From Basidiobolus meristosporus CBS 931.73 (lineage: Eukaryota > Fungi > Basidiobolomycota), in NCBI GenBank assembly GCA_002104905.1, contig MCFE01000311.1, forward strand, positions 33,561 to 97,560: 64,000 nt of DNA. Direction: 5' to 3'. This document shows, in pieces, positions 1 through 12,037 of this stretch. The position numbers and the translations under genes were made by a program. The notes below the pieces were generated by a model, which saw only the letters and a list, made by a program, of their open reading frames with translations, made no database searches and was not told the origin of the DNA. How positions within the stretch are numbered: position 1 is the first letter of the stretch; every line of letters starts with the position of its first letter.

Positions 1-563
1 GAGAACGGCCTCGGCGTTCCCAAAGTAGTCTCCATCCATAACCACGCTCACCCCCCTCGCACTAGGTTAACGCCAAACTCTCTCTGTAGGATTTCCACCT
101 AGCCAAGCGGATGTACGATAGCTCTCTGATCGAGAATGCCGAAGCCTACCTTCCGGTCACCCTTTCCCTGATCAAGCTGAGCGCCAAGTATACGTGGAGC
201 TATCTTCTTGGCGAGGATGTCGGGGATGGGTTCTTCTTCACCTCGCCTCCTCGCCTGGAGGAGGATACCCAGCGCGCACCACTGAACCCCTTGGATGAGC
301 CCGAAAAGGAGCTCGATCGGATTGCAGAGGGCGAGGATTACCACCAAAGGGCCCGCAAGAAACGAGAGGATGATGAGGATTACGCTGAGCAGCAGGAATC
401 CAGTGAGGAGGAGGGGGATTTCATCGAGGATCTGGTCATCCTAGCCCTGTGTTTACTCGTAGGTTGGATGGTCTACGTGCGGCAGTTCCGCGCAGCAGGC
501 CCGAATCCTCAGCCGTTGCCTCCGCAGATGGACCCACGCTGGAGATGGGGACCTTTGGCATAA
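1..563 (+). CDS. HRD3: 3' end of ERAD component Hrd3/SEL1L (last Sel1 repeat, acidic linker, C-terminal TM helix); exons 1-24 and 90-563, intron 25-89
   Basis: Splicing GTAGTC...TGTAG (65 nt, branch-like GTTAAC) joins ENGLGVPK to DFHLAKRMYD, a Sel1-repeat signature. It is followed by AYLPVTLSLIKL and a TM segment LVILALCLLVGWMVYV, typical of fungal Hrd3 C-termini. Confidence 0.85.
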
Positions 564-1493
564 ACCAAGTCCCATTCCAATCATTTTTGTGTAATCATCA
601 CTGCCACTCCTTCAATAAAGCCCTTAGAAACCCTCCCTTCCCTCCAATCCCGCCGGATCTTTAATTGGCCGAAACACACCCATGGTGGATCTTTCGATGA
701 GCACCAATCCTGCGACAGGTCCGTTTGACATTTATTTAGTCACCAGCAGTACATGTTGCGTCTCGCCAAATCAACAGCCAACCACCCTCTAGGTCACGTG
801 CACCAGACGAGCGTACACACTGAACTTGTGACTGGGTTGATGCGGTTGACTGCACGCGTAAGGTACCGACTGCGTCGAAAGCAATCTCCGAGATTCGCTA
901 CAGATTGTTTGAACCGCGTATTGTCGGGATACTTGGTGGATGGGTCGACTGTTACTGAGCAAAGAATAGTAGAGTATGATGCCATTATCAGCCAAGGAAA
1001 GGAGGGCCGTAGAGAATGATGCCATTATGCCAGTGGTATCTTCCACCCAAATAATCTCGGGTCAACACGTAACCCGCTTTTTAATCGTGATCACAATCAT
1101 AACCACAATCCATGGGATTACCAAATCGGAGAGGCCGATTGCGGCATTCGAATTGTCGCCATTTTGGTTGGCCAACCTTCTATTGAGGTCAGATGGGCAA
1201 AGTTTCAGGAGAGATGGGTGAGCAGTCAGGGTGGGTTTAGGTTTGGATCTCGTAATCGGGTGGGATCTATATAAGCCTGGACGACGGCCATTTGTGATGT
1301 TACTGACCGATTCCTTTCCATTTACTCCCTGCTTGAATAGAAGTCCCCAGCATGTCTTCCTAGACGCTCCACCCAAACCTGTCCTAATTTCACTTACGAA
1401 ACCAAGAAGTTATCTGTAAGATATAGCTTCCCAACCTGTACTCTTTTCCATCTCTCGTTATTCGCAAACCATGAAGCTTTCTTCTTTCGCACT

Positions 1494-2279
1494 ATGCTCT
1501 CGGTCACCTCTATCTCTACACAACAATCACCACACCTACACAAACAGCAACCTCGTGCCGCTGGTCCTTCCGCTTTCTCCCCGAACGCTCTCCTTGACCA
1601 CGTGAGTTTCTCCGCCGTCATGCCGAACTACGATTCGCATTATCGGTTGATGGCTGACCCATTTCGTCGGGTGGGCCTCAACTGTTCCTACGAAGACTGG
1701 TACTATCAGTTACACGATATTTCCCAGAAGAAACTGCTCTCCTTGAGTGAATCGCATAGAGATCAAGGGGTCCGTAAAGCAGTGCTAATCAATAATCTAT
1801 TTCGCACCCTACCCACCTCCCTGGAGGATCTCGACCTGCACGAGACCACAGACCTCTCGTACGAACCGGTTCCTAATATTGAGCTGGAAGAGCAGTCCTG
1901 GTTTGACTCGTGCCTAGATGATTTATCGGATGACGATGAGGATGATGAGGTGGTGGAGGCTGACGATGACCTGGACCAACCCGTAGAAATGGAGTGGTCC
2001 ATGTCTTCCGGCAGTACGTTGGATGATTCCTTTATGGAATGTGAGGAGAATTTAATCCCGATCCCAGCTCATTTCCCGGAGATTAGCGGAGCTGAATCGC
2101 ACCCGGAGTACCTCTTACTGGGCTCACCACCACCGCCGTCTACAAACCCCAGCAAAGGTGAGGGACGTCTTCGGAGCTTCCTCTTTCAGGACAAATCCAT
2201 TCCCTCCGCACATCCCTGGTCGGAACATCCACCAAACCATCTCCTAGAATATTACAATCACCCGGTCGTTTTTTTATAG
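1494..2279 (+). CDS. Acidic low-complexity protein with SERTA-like motif (putative transcriptional co-regulator)
   Basis: 261-aa ORF. LHDISQKKL...VRKAVLINNLFRTL resembles the SERTA consensus (L.iSl.KL...L.+.VLInN.lR) and is followed by acidic EEQSWFDSCLDDL/DDDEDDE. A possible in-frame intron lies at 1602-1709 (GTGAGT...TATCAG). Confidence 0.65.
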   Translation: MLSVTSISTQQSPHLHKQQPRAAGPSAFSPNALLDHVSFSAVMPNYDSHYRLMADPFRRVGLNCSYEDWYYQLHDISQKKLLSLSESHRDQGVRKAVLINNLFRTLPTSLEDLDLHETTDLSYEPVPNIELEEQSWFDSCLDDLSDDDEDDEVVEADDDLDQPVEMEWSMSSGSTLDDSFMECEENLIPIPAHFPEISGAESHPEYLLLGSPPPPSTNPSKGEGRLRSFLFQDKSIPSAHPWSEHPPNHLLEYYNHPVVFL

Positions 2280-2580
2280 GGCTCTCCGGCTTCTTTATCG
2301 ATCTTACTTACGGTTTCTTTCTTGTACTTCCCCTCACCCGAACTTCTTCCTGGACACTTTTCGAATGATATTAGTATGTGCCTTGTGGCACGAAATCCTT
2401 TCCCACCTCGCTCATCTACTCTCTCCTCCCTACCGTACTTGATGAAGCGTGCCCGCAAATATATATATATAAAGGACTTCTCTTTCCATTAGACTAATCC
2501 ACCCAATCCAGCACATGTTGGTCGACTCAATTTCAGTATTCAACATCGGAATGTGGCGATTTCATCGCAACCTCATCGAC

Positions 2581-3240
2581 ATCCCTATCTCCATCTCCAT
2601 CTCCATCTCGATCCCTATCTATAGCACGTTCCAGTGAGTCAACCACTCACCCTTACCAGATCCATCATTGGGAAGTTCGGTTGTGACAACAATCAATCAA
2701 CCTGTAGATCCGTCAAACAGTCCAGTTTCATCCACCGACCATCAACAGATCCCACCGATACGCCTCAACCCTAAACCGACCTACGTCATCCGCCTATCCG
2801 CCCATCCGCCAACCACTACATCCGCCCATCATGCTTGGATGGATCAACATCGCCCGGCTTGGGCTTCACCGTCAGCCCATATGCCCAGCATCGATGGACG
2901 TGTCCGGCTGGGCTTATGCAGGCCTCCAGTGCTTCATCATCGCTGTCATCATCATCATCACCATCACCGCGACTGCACCCTGTGTGCGTCCTAAGCCAGA
3001 GGGCGTGCTTGGGGCTGGCTATATGTGCTGGACCCTTGATCAACTTCATGGTTTGGAGATTGGATCCGTCCATTGGATCCTCACTTGTGGAGGCGGGGGA
3101 TTTGGGTGTTGTTCATCAATGTTGACACTGGGTGCCTGGTGGATGGGATCAATTCGGGGATCGAGGGTTGTGTGCATGACGTGTGTGTACGTATTAGACA
3201 CATGGCAGCGTGCGAGTGCGAGTGTGAGTGTGAGTGTGAA
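2581..3240. repeat. Intergenic microsatellites: (ATCTCC)n ~2585-2610, (CAT)n ~2930-2965, (GTGAGT/GCGAGT)n ~3205-3240
   Basis: Seen directly in sequence. Confidence 0.7.
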
Positions 3241-4639
3241 TTCGTGTGTATGTGTACGGGTGGGACTTGCTTTCGTATAATCTCTCATCGTTCCCCTGGG
3301 TTGACCAACGGAGGCTTTCTGGCTAAACGCCAGGTGGCTGGCACATCGGTATGTCGATTTGTAAGGAAAAGAATCCACCGTCTCCCCACAATTCCCAGCG
3401 GGCATCTGGTCACTCGGATCCCGAAATCTGGCTGTAGTTATCCCCTCGCCAACCACTCACCTAACCGCCTATTCCAGTCACCTGCTCCAGTCATGCCTCT
3501 ATCACTGAGGAGTAGGAGGAGTGGACCGGCCTCGTGTTACGTGGACGGTGATGTGCTACAGTGCACTAAGTAGCCAGCCAATTATCACGAAGTGACTGGG
3601 GATACATGACTCCAACGTATGACAATACCAGCCCAACTTCGCATCCACCTTCACAAGAGCATCCGTAGTACGTCGGCATGGCTCCAGCCCCAGCTCTGTG
3701 ATCGTTGAAAATGCTCCGTTACTCCACCTTTACCTAATGGTGCAGCATGGGAAGGATGGATTGGCTCTCAACCATGTCCGGACTGACGAATATCCCTAGG
3801 TTCAGGTCAAGACCCCTCAAACCGCTGAATCCCGACGCCACCCGAACATTCGTACCGCATGATCTCACACCTGGTCGTATCGTCAGTAGTGCGTCTGGTC
3901 TTAGGTGTGATCCCCAAGACTGGTTTGGATCATGGCGAGCTCTGTCATGGCCCGTCGCTAGATCGCTGTGGGCGAGGTTCTTCCAAGCCCTCGAATCCTC
4001 GGATCTCTGTCCAGTCAAGGAACCGGGGAAACCCAGCTCTTCGCTTTGCACCGAACCCCTTCCAACCACTGGCCCCAGCATGGCTCGGGTAGCAAGGTCC
4101 CAGGTTTGATGGTCCACGGTATCTCTGGTATGCCCACTCCCAAACATTTCGCATCCGTGAAATGGGACTGCAAGGACCAGCGAATTCCAAGCATCTACTC
4201 AGTAGAATCAAATATTCCAAGCTTCTTCCTGCGGTTACTCTGGCCTTTCACCCATGGTATTGGGGAATGCTTCAGCCTCCCTTTTCTTTTTGTCACAAAG
4301 GGGGATTGAATCCAGGTGAATCCTGATGGAGAAGATCTCCTGCTTACGGAAGGCTACTAGGTGGCACCATGGGTCCATTGGTTGGCAAAATTATGCATCA
4401 AGCTGGTGAAAAGTATGATGGAAATGTATACCAGGGGTGCTTCTCTGCTGGTCTCATGAAGCTATGTGAGATGCTGCCAACATCTGGACAAGTTTGAATA
4501 TCTGGTCAGAAATTCCTGGACATCAGTTAGTAGTCAGTCATTTCAATCTAAACCAAGCTCTTCATAATCCCTGGTCACATAATTGATAGTTGTGAGGGAT
4601 TCAGAGTGATTGGGAGAGATAGGGGGAACTAGTAGATTA

Positions 4640-5331
4640 TGTGGTAAAAGTTTTGGAGATATTGGAAGTGATTGGGAGAACAAGTATATTATGTGGTTTT
4701 CACTTAATGATTCATTTTATGTAGGAGTGGTTCTTATACTTTCACATGGTTTTAGCAAAACAAACACATAGAATATGCTTAGGGAGGTCCCAAGAATGTG
4801 TGTGCTGTTGTAAGAGTCTTGGAGATATCAGATGTGATTGGGAGGACAAGTAGATTATGTGGTTTGCACTTTATGATTTTTTGAATGTAAATGTAGTATT
4901 TGTACTTTTACATAGTCTTGGCATAATAAATATGTAGAATTTGTTTAGGAAGTCTCCAAGTGGATGTGTGCAAAGCTTGGGGCTGTTTGGACAACTTTGA
5001 GAATTTTCAAGTTCTGGGTACCTGATATTTGGTGAAAATATTTCAAGTCCTGACAAGGAGTTTGGTAATTATTCTCCAAGATTTGTAGGTAATTATCCAA
5101 GTAAATAAGTTAGGTGAATATCTAGGTGGAATTCTGACTTTTTACAACATGTGCAAGGTTTGAGGCAGTTTGAACAACTTTGAAAAACTTCATGTAAAGG
5201 ATACCAATGATCTGATGTCAATGCAGTATGTCCCATCAAGAAATCTGGTGAGAATTCTAAGAAATTAGTAGACTATGGTCCAAGTGACCAAGTTAGGGGA
5301 AAACTCCAGCACAACTACAAGATTTATAACT
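4640..5331 (-). mobile_element. Solo copia LTR (family LTR-A), interrupted by a second LTR-A
   Basis: Reverse-complement match to the LTRs at 5536 and 62018. Flanks GATTA/GATTG form a 5-bp TSD with one mismatch. Confidence 0.7.
4806..5149 (-). mobile_element. Solo copia LTR-A nested inside another LTR-A
   Basis: TGTTG...CAACA termini, 344 bp, perfect 5-bp TSD TGTGC (4801-4805 and 5150-5154). Confidence 0.9.
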
Positions 5332-5535
5332 GATTGTGCATTTCTGGCATAAATTTGGTATTTTGATTGACTTAATCACTTGGACCCCTGCAAATAAGCT
5401 TGATGGAATTCTCTCCAAATATCTAGCAGGGAATGTGATGATTTCATGGAGTTGTCCAATGCTCAGAAGAAGGAAATCGCTAGGGCCAATCAACAGATCC
5501 AAAACTTTACACATATGCACTTATAACCATCAAAA

Positions 5536-8500
5536 TGTTGTACAAACCTGTAATTCCGCCTAAATATTCACATGGACTAGTCACTTGATTATTACTAACA
5601 GATATTACTAAATACTGACCAAATTTGCTGTTGGGATTACTTTAAATATCTTCACCCAAACACCAGATACCCACAACATGAGGATTATTATAGTTGTTCA
5701 AACAGCCCTAAGCTTTACACACATGCTCTTGGGACCTTCCTAAATCTTATTCTACATGTTTATTATGCCAAGACCATGTAAAAGTATAAATACCACATTT
5801 ACACTCAAAAATCATTGAGTGAAAACCACGTAATCTACTTATTCTCCCAATTACTTCCAATATCTCCCAGACTCTTACAACAGGTTATGAACCCTAAGCT
5901 TTCACTCTCAGCAAAGTCTACAACTGCTATTATGGGTGTTTTTCCCTCTGCTGAAAAGTCTGATGGAACTAACTAAGAAGTTTGGAAGGTGAAGATGAAG
6001 ATACTGCTATAGGAAGGAGGCCTTTGGGATATTATTATAGGAGAAGAATACCCTCCTGAAAACACAGGAGAGTATACCTTAAAGTACCAGAAGAAAGAAC
6101 AAAGTGCATCTAATTGTATTTGCCTTGGTGTTAAAGTCAAATTGCTAATTCAATGCTCAAGAGCAAAAGCAGCAAAGAATGCCCAGAAGCCATTAAAAGA
6201 CACCAACTAGTTATCTTTAGCTGCTAAATGTATCTTATACAAGAACTTCCTACTACAAATATGTTGCCAGTAGAAGAAATGAAAAATCTAATCAACAGAA
6301 TTATCCTGTTGGTTGTTGAGACAGGATTAATAGGCTTACCAACTACTGATGAAGATGTGATAGCTACCATCCTAGATAGCCTGACAGACAGGTTTCAGGG
6401 TTTTGTATTAGCCCTAGAGTCCAGACCTGAAGATTTGACTGTAAATTATGTATCTGGAAGGCTCCTGGATTAAGAATTAAGAAAATTAAGTGCTAGTAAG
6501 TAGGAAGAAAAAAAGGTTTAATAAACAATGTTGACAAACAGAAGTCCCTTCAAAGGCAGCAGCAACCTGTCTTGCAGCTACTGCAAGAGGAAAGGACACC
6601 CATCAGACTGGTGCCTCAAAAAGAGAGATAATCAGCAGAAAAGCTTGAATAAAATATTTTGCAACTGCTGAAGACAAACCATTTGTATTTGCACTAAATA
6701 TGACAACCAACAAGTATTATCAGTTGTGGTACATTGACTCCAGAGCATCTCACCACTTTGACCACCAATAAGAGCTTTTTACTCAATATCAAGATGTTCT
6801 AATCAAGAAGGGTTTCAAGGGTGTCAATAGAACACTTGATGCCATTGGAGAAGAAACATTCAAGTGAACCTCAGAAGCAGTGGAGGAAGCAACACACTTA
6901 TCTTCAAAGAAGTACTCTATATACCAGAAATAGCAAAGAACATACTATCTTCAAGCAAGGCCACAGCAAAATGGTTCAGCATCAGTTTTGACAATTCTGG
7001 ATGCTGGATCACAGATCAAAATGACAACAATATTGCTTTGGGTATCAGAGATCAAAATATACAAAAATTGACCTACACTCCATCATATCTGGAAGCTAAT
7101 ATAGGTAACTTAACTATAGAAATGCCAATGCTTTGGCACACAAGATTTGGACACATCAGCTTTGATTTTTTGTGCTAAATGATCAAAGATCAGCCAATTT
7201 CCAGAGTAAATTGATCCCCCAGCTAATTTGTAGCATTGTAAAGCCTGCATATATGGGAAGCAAGCCATATAAGCATTCAAGAGCTCTGGGCTAATCAAAA
7301 CTAAAAATATTTACATCTAATGCACTCAGATCTGTTTGGACCTATGAAAAATTTATCATCAGGTGAGATGAGGTATTGAATCACTTTTATGGATGAATGT
7401 ACAAAATACATGTTGGTCTCCTTCATAGAGAGAAATGCAGAAGCTCTGCCTAGGTTCAGGGAGCTGGAAGCTATAGTTGAGTGAGAAACTGGTGAGAAAA
7501 TCAAGTAGTTGTGCTCCAACAATGGTGGAGAATATATGTCAAAACTCTTCATCAGCTTCTACAAAACTCAATGGATAAAGCAAGAGACTACTGTACCATA
7601 CTCCTCACAGCAAAATGGAGTGGCAGAAAATGCAAACAGATCAATAATTGATATGGCAAGGTCTGTAATCCATGCTTAAATTTTATCCTCTGATTTTGGG
7701 CAGAATCAGTTACCATGGCTGCAAACCTTCAGAATAGGAGTTTTAGCAGAATACTTTGTGATTCTACTCCATTTGAAGCATGGTATGTAAACAGACCAAA
7801 TGCATAACATCTAAGGATATTTGGGTGTATAGCAAATGCCAAAAAACTGCGGGAAATCAGACAAAATTTGTGCTAAAAGTAATGCAAAGTTGGGTGGGGT
7901 GCAACAAGCAATTCATTTTTATTAGCAAATTCTACCAAAGTATGCCAAGTTTCTCTTGGTCACAAGTCAATTTCTACACCATTCAATACAGAACTCACAC
8001 AAACAAGAGCTGGAGCACATCCATAAGGGGGACTAGAATTCAGCAGGGAGAAGTAAAATATTAGCTAAATACTAGAAAGTACTTTGCAGATATTCAGGAG
8101 GTACTCATGACAGAAGTGGAGGCAACCAAGCATATGGTGGCAAGATGTATATATTAAAAGCAATACATGGTATATGGCAACTTTGCAAGTATCACACTAA
8201 AAAGCCATAAAATTCAAGTGATAGAAGTATGTAAATTGCAGCAGGTGGACATGTTTGCGGAGGTTAGTAAGCAGGAGGCCATAGACTTTTTTTGGTTCAA
8301 ACTAAATGTGGAATACCCAAGGTAGTAGTGGGTAAGCAAATAAAGAGGGGTGATTTTACAGCAGAATATATGAATTGCACAAGGGGAGGTAGAAAAGGGA
8401 AATACCATTTGGTAAATTGGAATGGTAGCATTTTACAGAACTAGCTGTAGGCCATCACGCTGTTCTGATGATGTCATCAGAGGCTTGTAATGAGGCTGTT

Positions 8501-10246
8501 AAAACACTGTCAAGTTTTTGCCATGTAAGGCAAATGGATGTACTGGCCACTTAGATCCACTCAAATAGTTGTAGAGTGCATTAAGACCATAACAATGCCA
8601 TGCAAACCTTGGCAAAACACTGTACAAACACTGCCATTTTTTTAACTTTATTTGGCAGTAAAACCTGCCAAACGCTGTTGTGATCCCATCACAAGATTGT
8701 GTAGAGGATCATTTATTCCAAGTTGCCAGCATTATGATGGTCTCCTGATGGGGTTCTGACAGCTGATCTGGATTGGATTCACCAGTGGGACCAGTGATTA
8801 TGCATAGGGATTTATCAATGAGGGTACAAATTTATCCTATACCTTTTCAGTCCATATTGATGAGCCCAAGACTGTAAAAGAGGCTCTAAATAGCCCTCAA
8901 ACAAAGTTTTGGAGATCTGCAATGACTGAGGAGTATCAGACCTTAATAGAGAATCAAACTTAGGACTTATTCAAACCAAAATCAATCTAATGAAGATGGG
9001 TCTTTCAGAAAAAATATAAGGCTGATGGTAAAATTAAAAGATATAAAACAGGATTTGTAGTCAAAGAATAGCTGCACACAAAGGGACTTGTCTATACTGA
9101 GACCTTAGCACTGGTGGCCAAGTTTAATTCTATCAGATTAATATTGGTATTTGCAGCCAGTTATATGTTTTTTATACATCAAATGTATGTAAAGACTGCA
9201 TTTTTGAATGGAGCACTTGATGAGTGTTCAAAAGCCCCCAAACTTTGCGCACATATTCTTGGGACCTTCCTTAACAAATTCTACACATCTGTTTGCTCTA
9301 CTTTATCAAAAGTATAAATACCATACTTTTGATCAATAAATCTACAAGTGAATAACATGTAAATCCTCTAGCTCTCCACATCACTTCCAATACTTCTCAG
9401 AATATTGCAACACTTATAAGGATTTAAAACCAGATTTAGTGGGATACTCTGAAGCCAATTGGGGACAAAATATTGAAGACAGAATATCCACTGTAGGATA
9501 TACCCTTCTTTACTTTAAAATAGCAATTTCATGGAACTTAAAAAAGAAACCAATTGTAGCATTTCCTGCCACAGATGCAGAGTATATTGTAGTCTCAGAA
9601 GCTGCAAAAAAAGCAGAGTGGTTAAAAACCTTCTTGAAGACAGGGGATTATTTCAAAAAATGTCTATACCTTATTTCAGGATAACTAGGAAGAAATCTAA
9701 CTTTTCATGCTAGAACTAAGCACATAGATGTTGAGCATCACTTCTGGTGTGAAGCTATTGAGAAAAGCTTTGTTGCCTTAGTTGATTGTTTCTCAGAACA
9801 AATGATTGCAAATATATTTATGAGACATTAGCAAGAGACAAATTTGAATATCTTGGGTAAAAATTAAGACTAGTCAGTACCAATATTTAGTTGAGTGGAA
9901 GTATTGATAAGTTTGTGATTCTACCTAAATACTCACCCAGCTTGATCACTTAGATCATTACTTACAAATATTGGAGAAAACTGACCAAACTCCTTGTGGG
10001 ATTTACTTACTATACTCTCAGCAAATCACCAGGTACCCAGAACATGAAAATTTGCATAGTTAGCCATATAGCCCCAAGCTTTGCACACATGCTCTTGTGA
10101 TCTTCCTAAACATACTTGCATGCTTGCTATGCCCATATCATGTAAAATTATAAATACTACTTAATATTTAATAAAATAATAGGTAAGAACCACAAAATCT
10201 ACATGTTATGCCAATATCTTCCAGTATCACTAAGACTCTTACAACA
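5536..10246 (+). mobile_element. Decayed Ty1/copia retrotransposon (copia-1) with both LTRs (5536-5882; 9902-10246)
   Basis: PBS GGTTATGAACCC at 5883 and PPT TTGAGTGGAAG at 9891-9901. TSD CAAAA/CAAGA. Remnants of gag (DEDVIATILDSL), protease (WYIDSRAS), GAG-pre-integrase (LWHTRFGHISF), RT and RNase H (GYSEANWG...STVGY) with many stops and frameshifts. Confidence 0.9.
7876..8809 (+). mobile_element. CACTA/EnSpm terminal fragment (transposase 3' end plus TIR) inside copia-1
   Basis: Matches the reverse complement of ~50525-51450 and ends in TIR-like CATAGGG at 8803-8809. Copia RT (EPKTVKEAL) resumes afterwards. Confidence 0.75.
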
Positions 10247-10292
10247 CAAGAGCCAAATTGTCTAGTTTTTGTAGGGAGAGCTCTAAGTTATC

Positions 10293-10783
10293 AAGCTGTC
10301 AAGAGAGCTTTGAAGATTTTGGAAGCAATTGCCAGAGCAAGTTGATTATGTGGTCTTTGCTGACTGATTTATTGATTGTGAAGTAGAATTAATACTGTCA
10401 TGTGCTCATTTTAAATAAGCATGAAGAGTATCTCTCATCAGCGTCTCAGTAGCATTTAGGCAAAGATTTGGACTACTTGGATAACATGAAGCTTTTCCAA
10501 GTCCTGTGTGCCTAATATTCTGATGAAAATATCCATTGAATTGCTCCAAAGCTGTTAGCAATAATTCTCCAGAGCATTTGGACTAAGGTCTATGTGCCTG
10601 AGTCAAATGGATAAATATATGTAATTGCAAGACTAGTAACTCTCCCACTCATCTCAAACACACACTGACCAGGCCTGATATCAAATCTGCCTCTAGCTAA
10701 AGGTTTTATATATATATTTGCAGATACTTCATTAATAAGAGGGTAAGTCAAGTTAGCTAGGTAATCCTCTTTAGCTTCCTGCT
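10293..10783 (-). mobile_element. Old copia 3' end (RNase H tail, PPT, diverged LTR-A), truncated by a CACTA insertion
   Basis: Minus strand reads ANIYIKPLARGRF-like, then PPT GAGTGGGAGA (~10640-10650), then an LTR-A-like sequence (TTGATTATGTGG motif). Confidence 0.55.
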
Positions 10784-11339
10784 CCCTATGTAAGGTAATT
10801 GTGGTGCTCCCATCACAAGACTGTCACAGAATTTAAGCTCTGAGAGCAAGAGGTACTGATCCTGTCAGCACTCCATGCAATGAATGCTGAAGAAAACTGC
10901 ACCTCAGATTTCACAAAAAACTTGGTCAAGATTTTCCATTACAACAGTACATAAGTGGCTTTTGATTGGTTCTCAGCCAATTCTCTCACTCTTTGTTCCC
11001 CGACACTCAATCACCTCCTACAATTGTATACATTAATAGGCTATTGCCCCTTTTTCACACTCCTTACTTCCTGACTTGGCCAATGTCCTTACTTTTCATG
11101 CATATTAGCTGGTTTGTATCTCTTTAATCTTCAGTTGTAACTTGATTACCAACTGTAGTGACCTACACAAGTCCCTATACCCAACACTAACATTTAGCCC
11201 AACCTCACACTCAGTAAGATAATCCATCAAGATCCACAATTCAATAATTATATCTGCCAATACACCTGTTGTCCAATACTTTGGTGGGAGCCATGCAGCT
11301 TTGAGCCATTGTTTATTCACAGACTTCCATATGTCCTGG

Positions 11340-12037
11340 TGTTGTGCATCGATATTTAAAACTTAGTCAATTTCACTCTGTTAAAAAATCTAGCACCCTA
11401 ACTGATTCTCCCTAACCCAAACATAGCTAATCCCTGTTATGGTTTATTTTATCACTTCTCAGAATTCATTTTAGCTGTCACACCTGATAAATTCTCATGT
11501 GGCCATTACATCCTCAACTAATCTGCTAATCCTTTCCAAGTGATTAGTCATCTGAGATTTATTCAACCACTTAGCAATTGCCAAGACATCAGCTGATCAA
11601 TGATGAAATTTTTCATTTAGTTTATGCACCTATAAGCACCTTGACAGATTTCAATTAGTCCAGTCTCTTGACACATACTGATTCAACCTGATCAGAAAAG
11701 TTTAAATAAAGCTTACTGAGCCTTTTAGTTTAGTGTGTGTCTCAACAAAATTAAGATTGTGTTTCCGCAAAACTAAGAATTCAACAATTCTGTTCTAGTT
11801 TCTACCCAAGCCTAGCATATCTTGCATACCCAAGAACATCAAGCCTAGCCTGCATGGCAATCCAAATCTGTTGCCTTTATAGCCCAACTTGGCTATATAC
11901 AAGACTTATATTATACCAGAACCTTTCTGCTAATATTTTTATCACTCTTGACAATTCTAAGACTGTGCACTTAGTTGTCACTTGGGTTCAGCTAGCTCAT
12001 TCAAGAGTTTTATTACACTTTTCCCCTGGACATAACA
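11340..12037 (+). mobile_element. Solo LTR, family LTR-D (~700 bp)
   Basis: TGTTG...TAACA termini and perfect TSD CCTGG. Homologous to 12600-13127+26018-26189 and to the reverse complement of 59806-61382. Confidence 0.9.

Noticed and set aside
753-1419. Short ORFs between HRD3 and the SERTA-like gene
   Set aside because: No protein-like features; most likely 3' UTR and promoter sequence.
2668-3573. Several overlapping ORFs on both strands (poly-His, TM-like IIAVIIIITIT, acidic DDDDDSDDE)
   Set aside because: All arise from the same (CAT)n and (GTGAGT)n microsatellites in GC-rich DNA. No recognisable domain or consistent exon model. A small gene cannot be excluded without RNA data.
3600-4580. 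Possible non-LTR (LINE) remnant (VDAWNSL-like and W-rich segments)
   Set aside because: The motif resemblances fall in different frames and strands and are too weak to call without a profile search.
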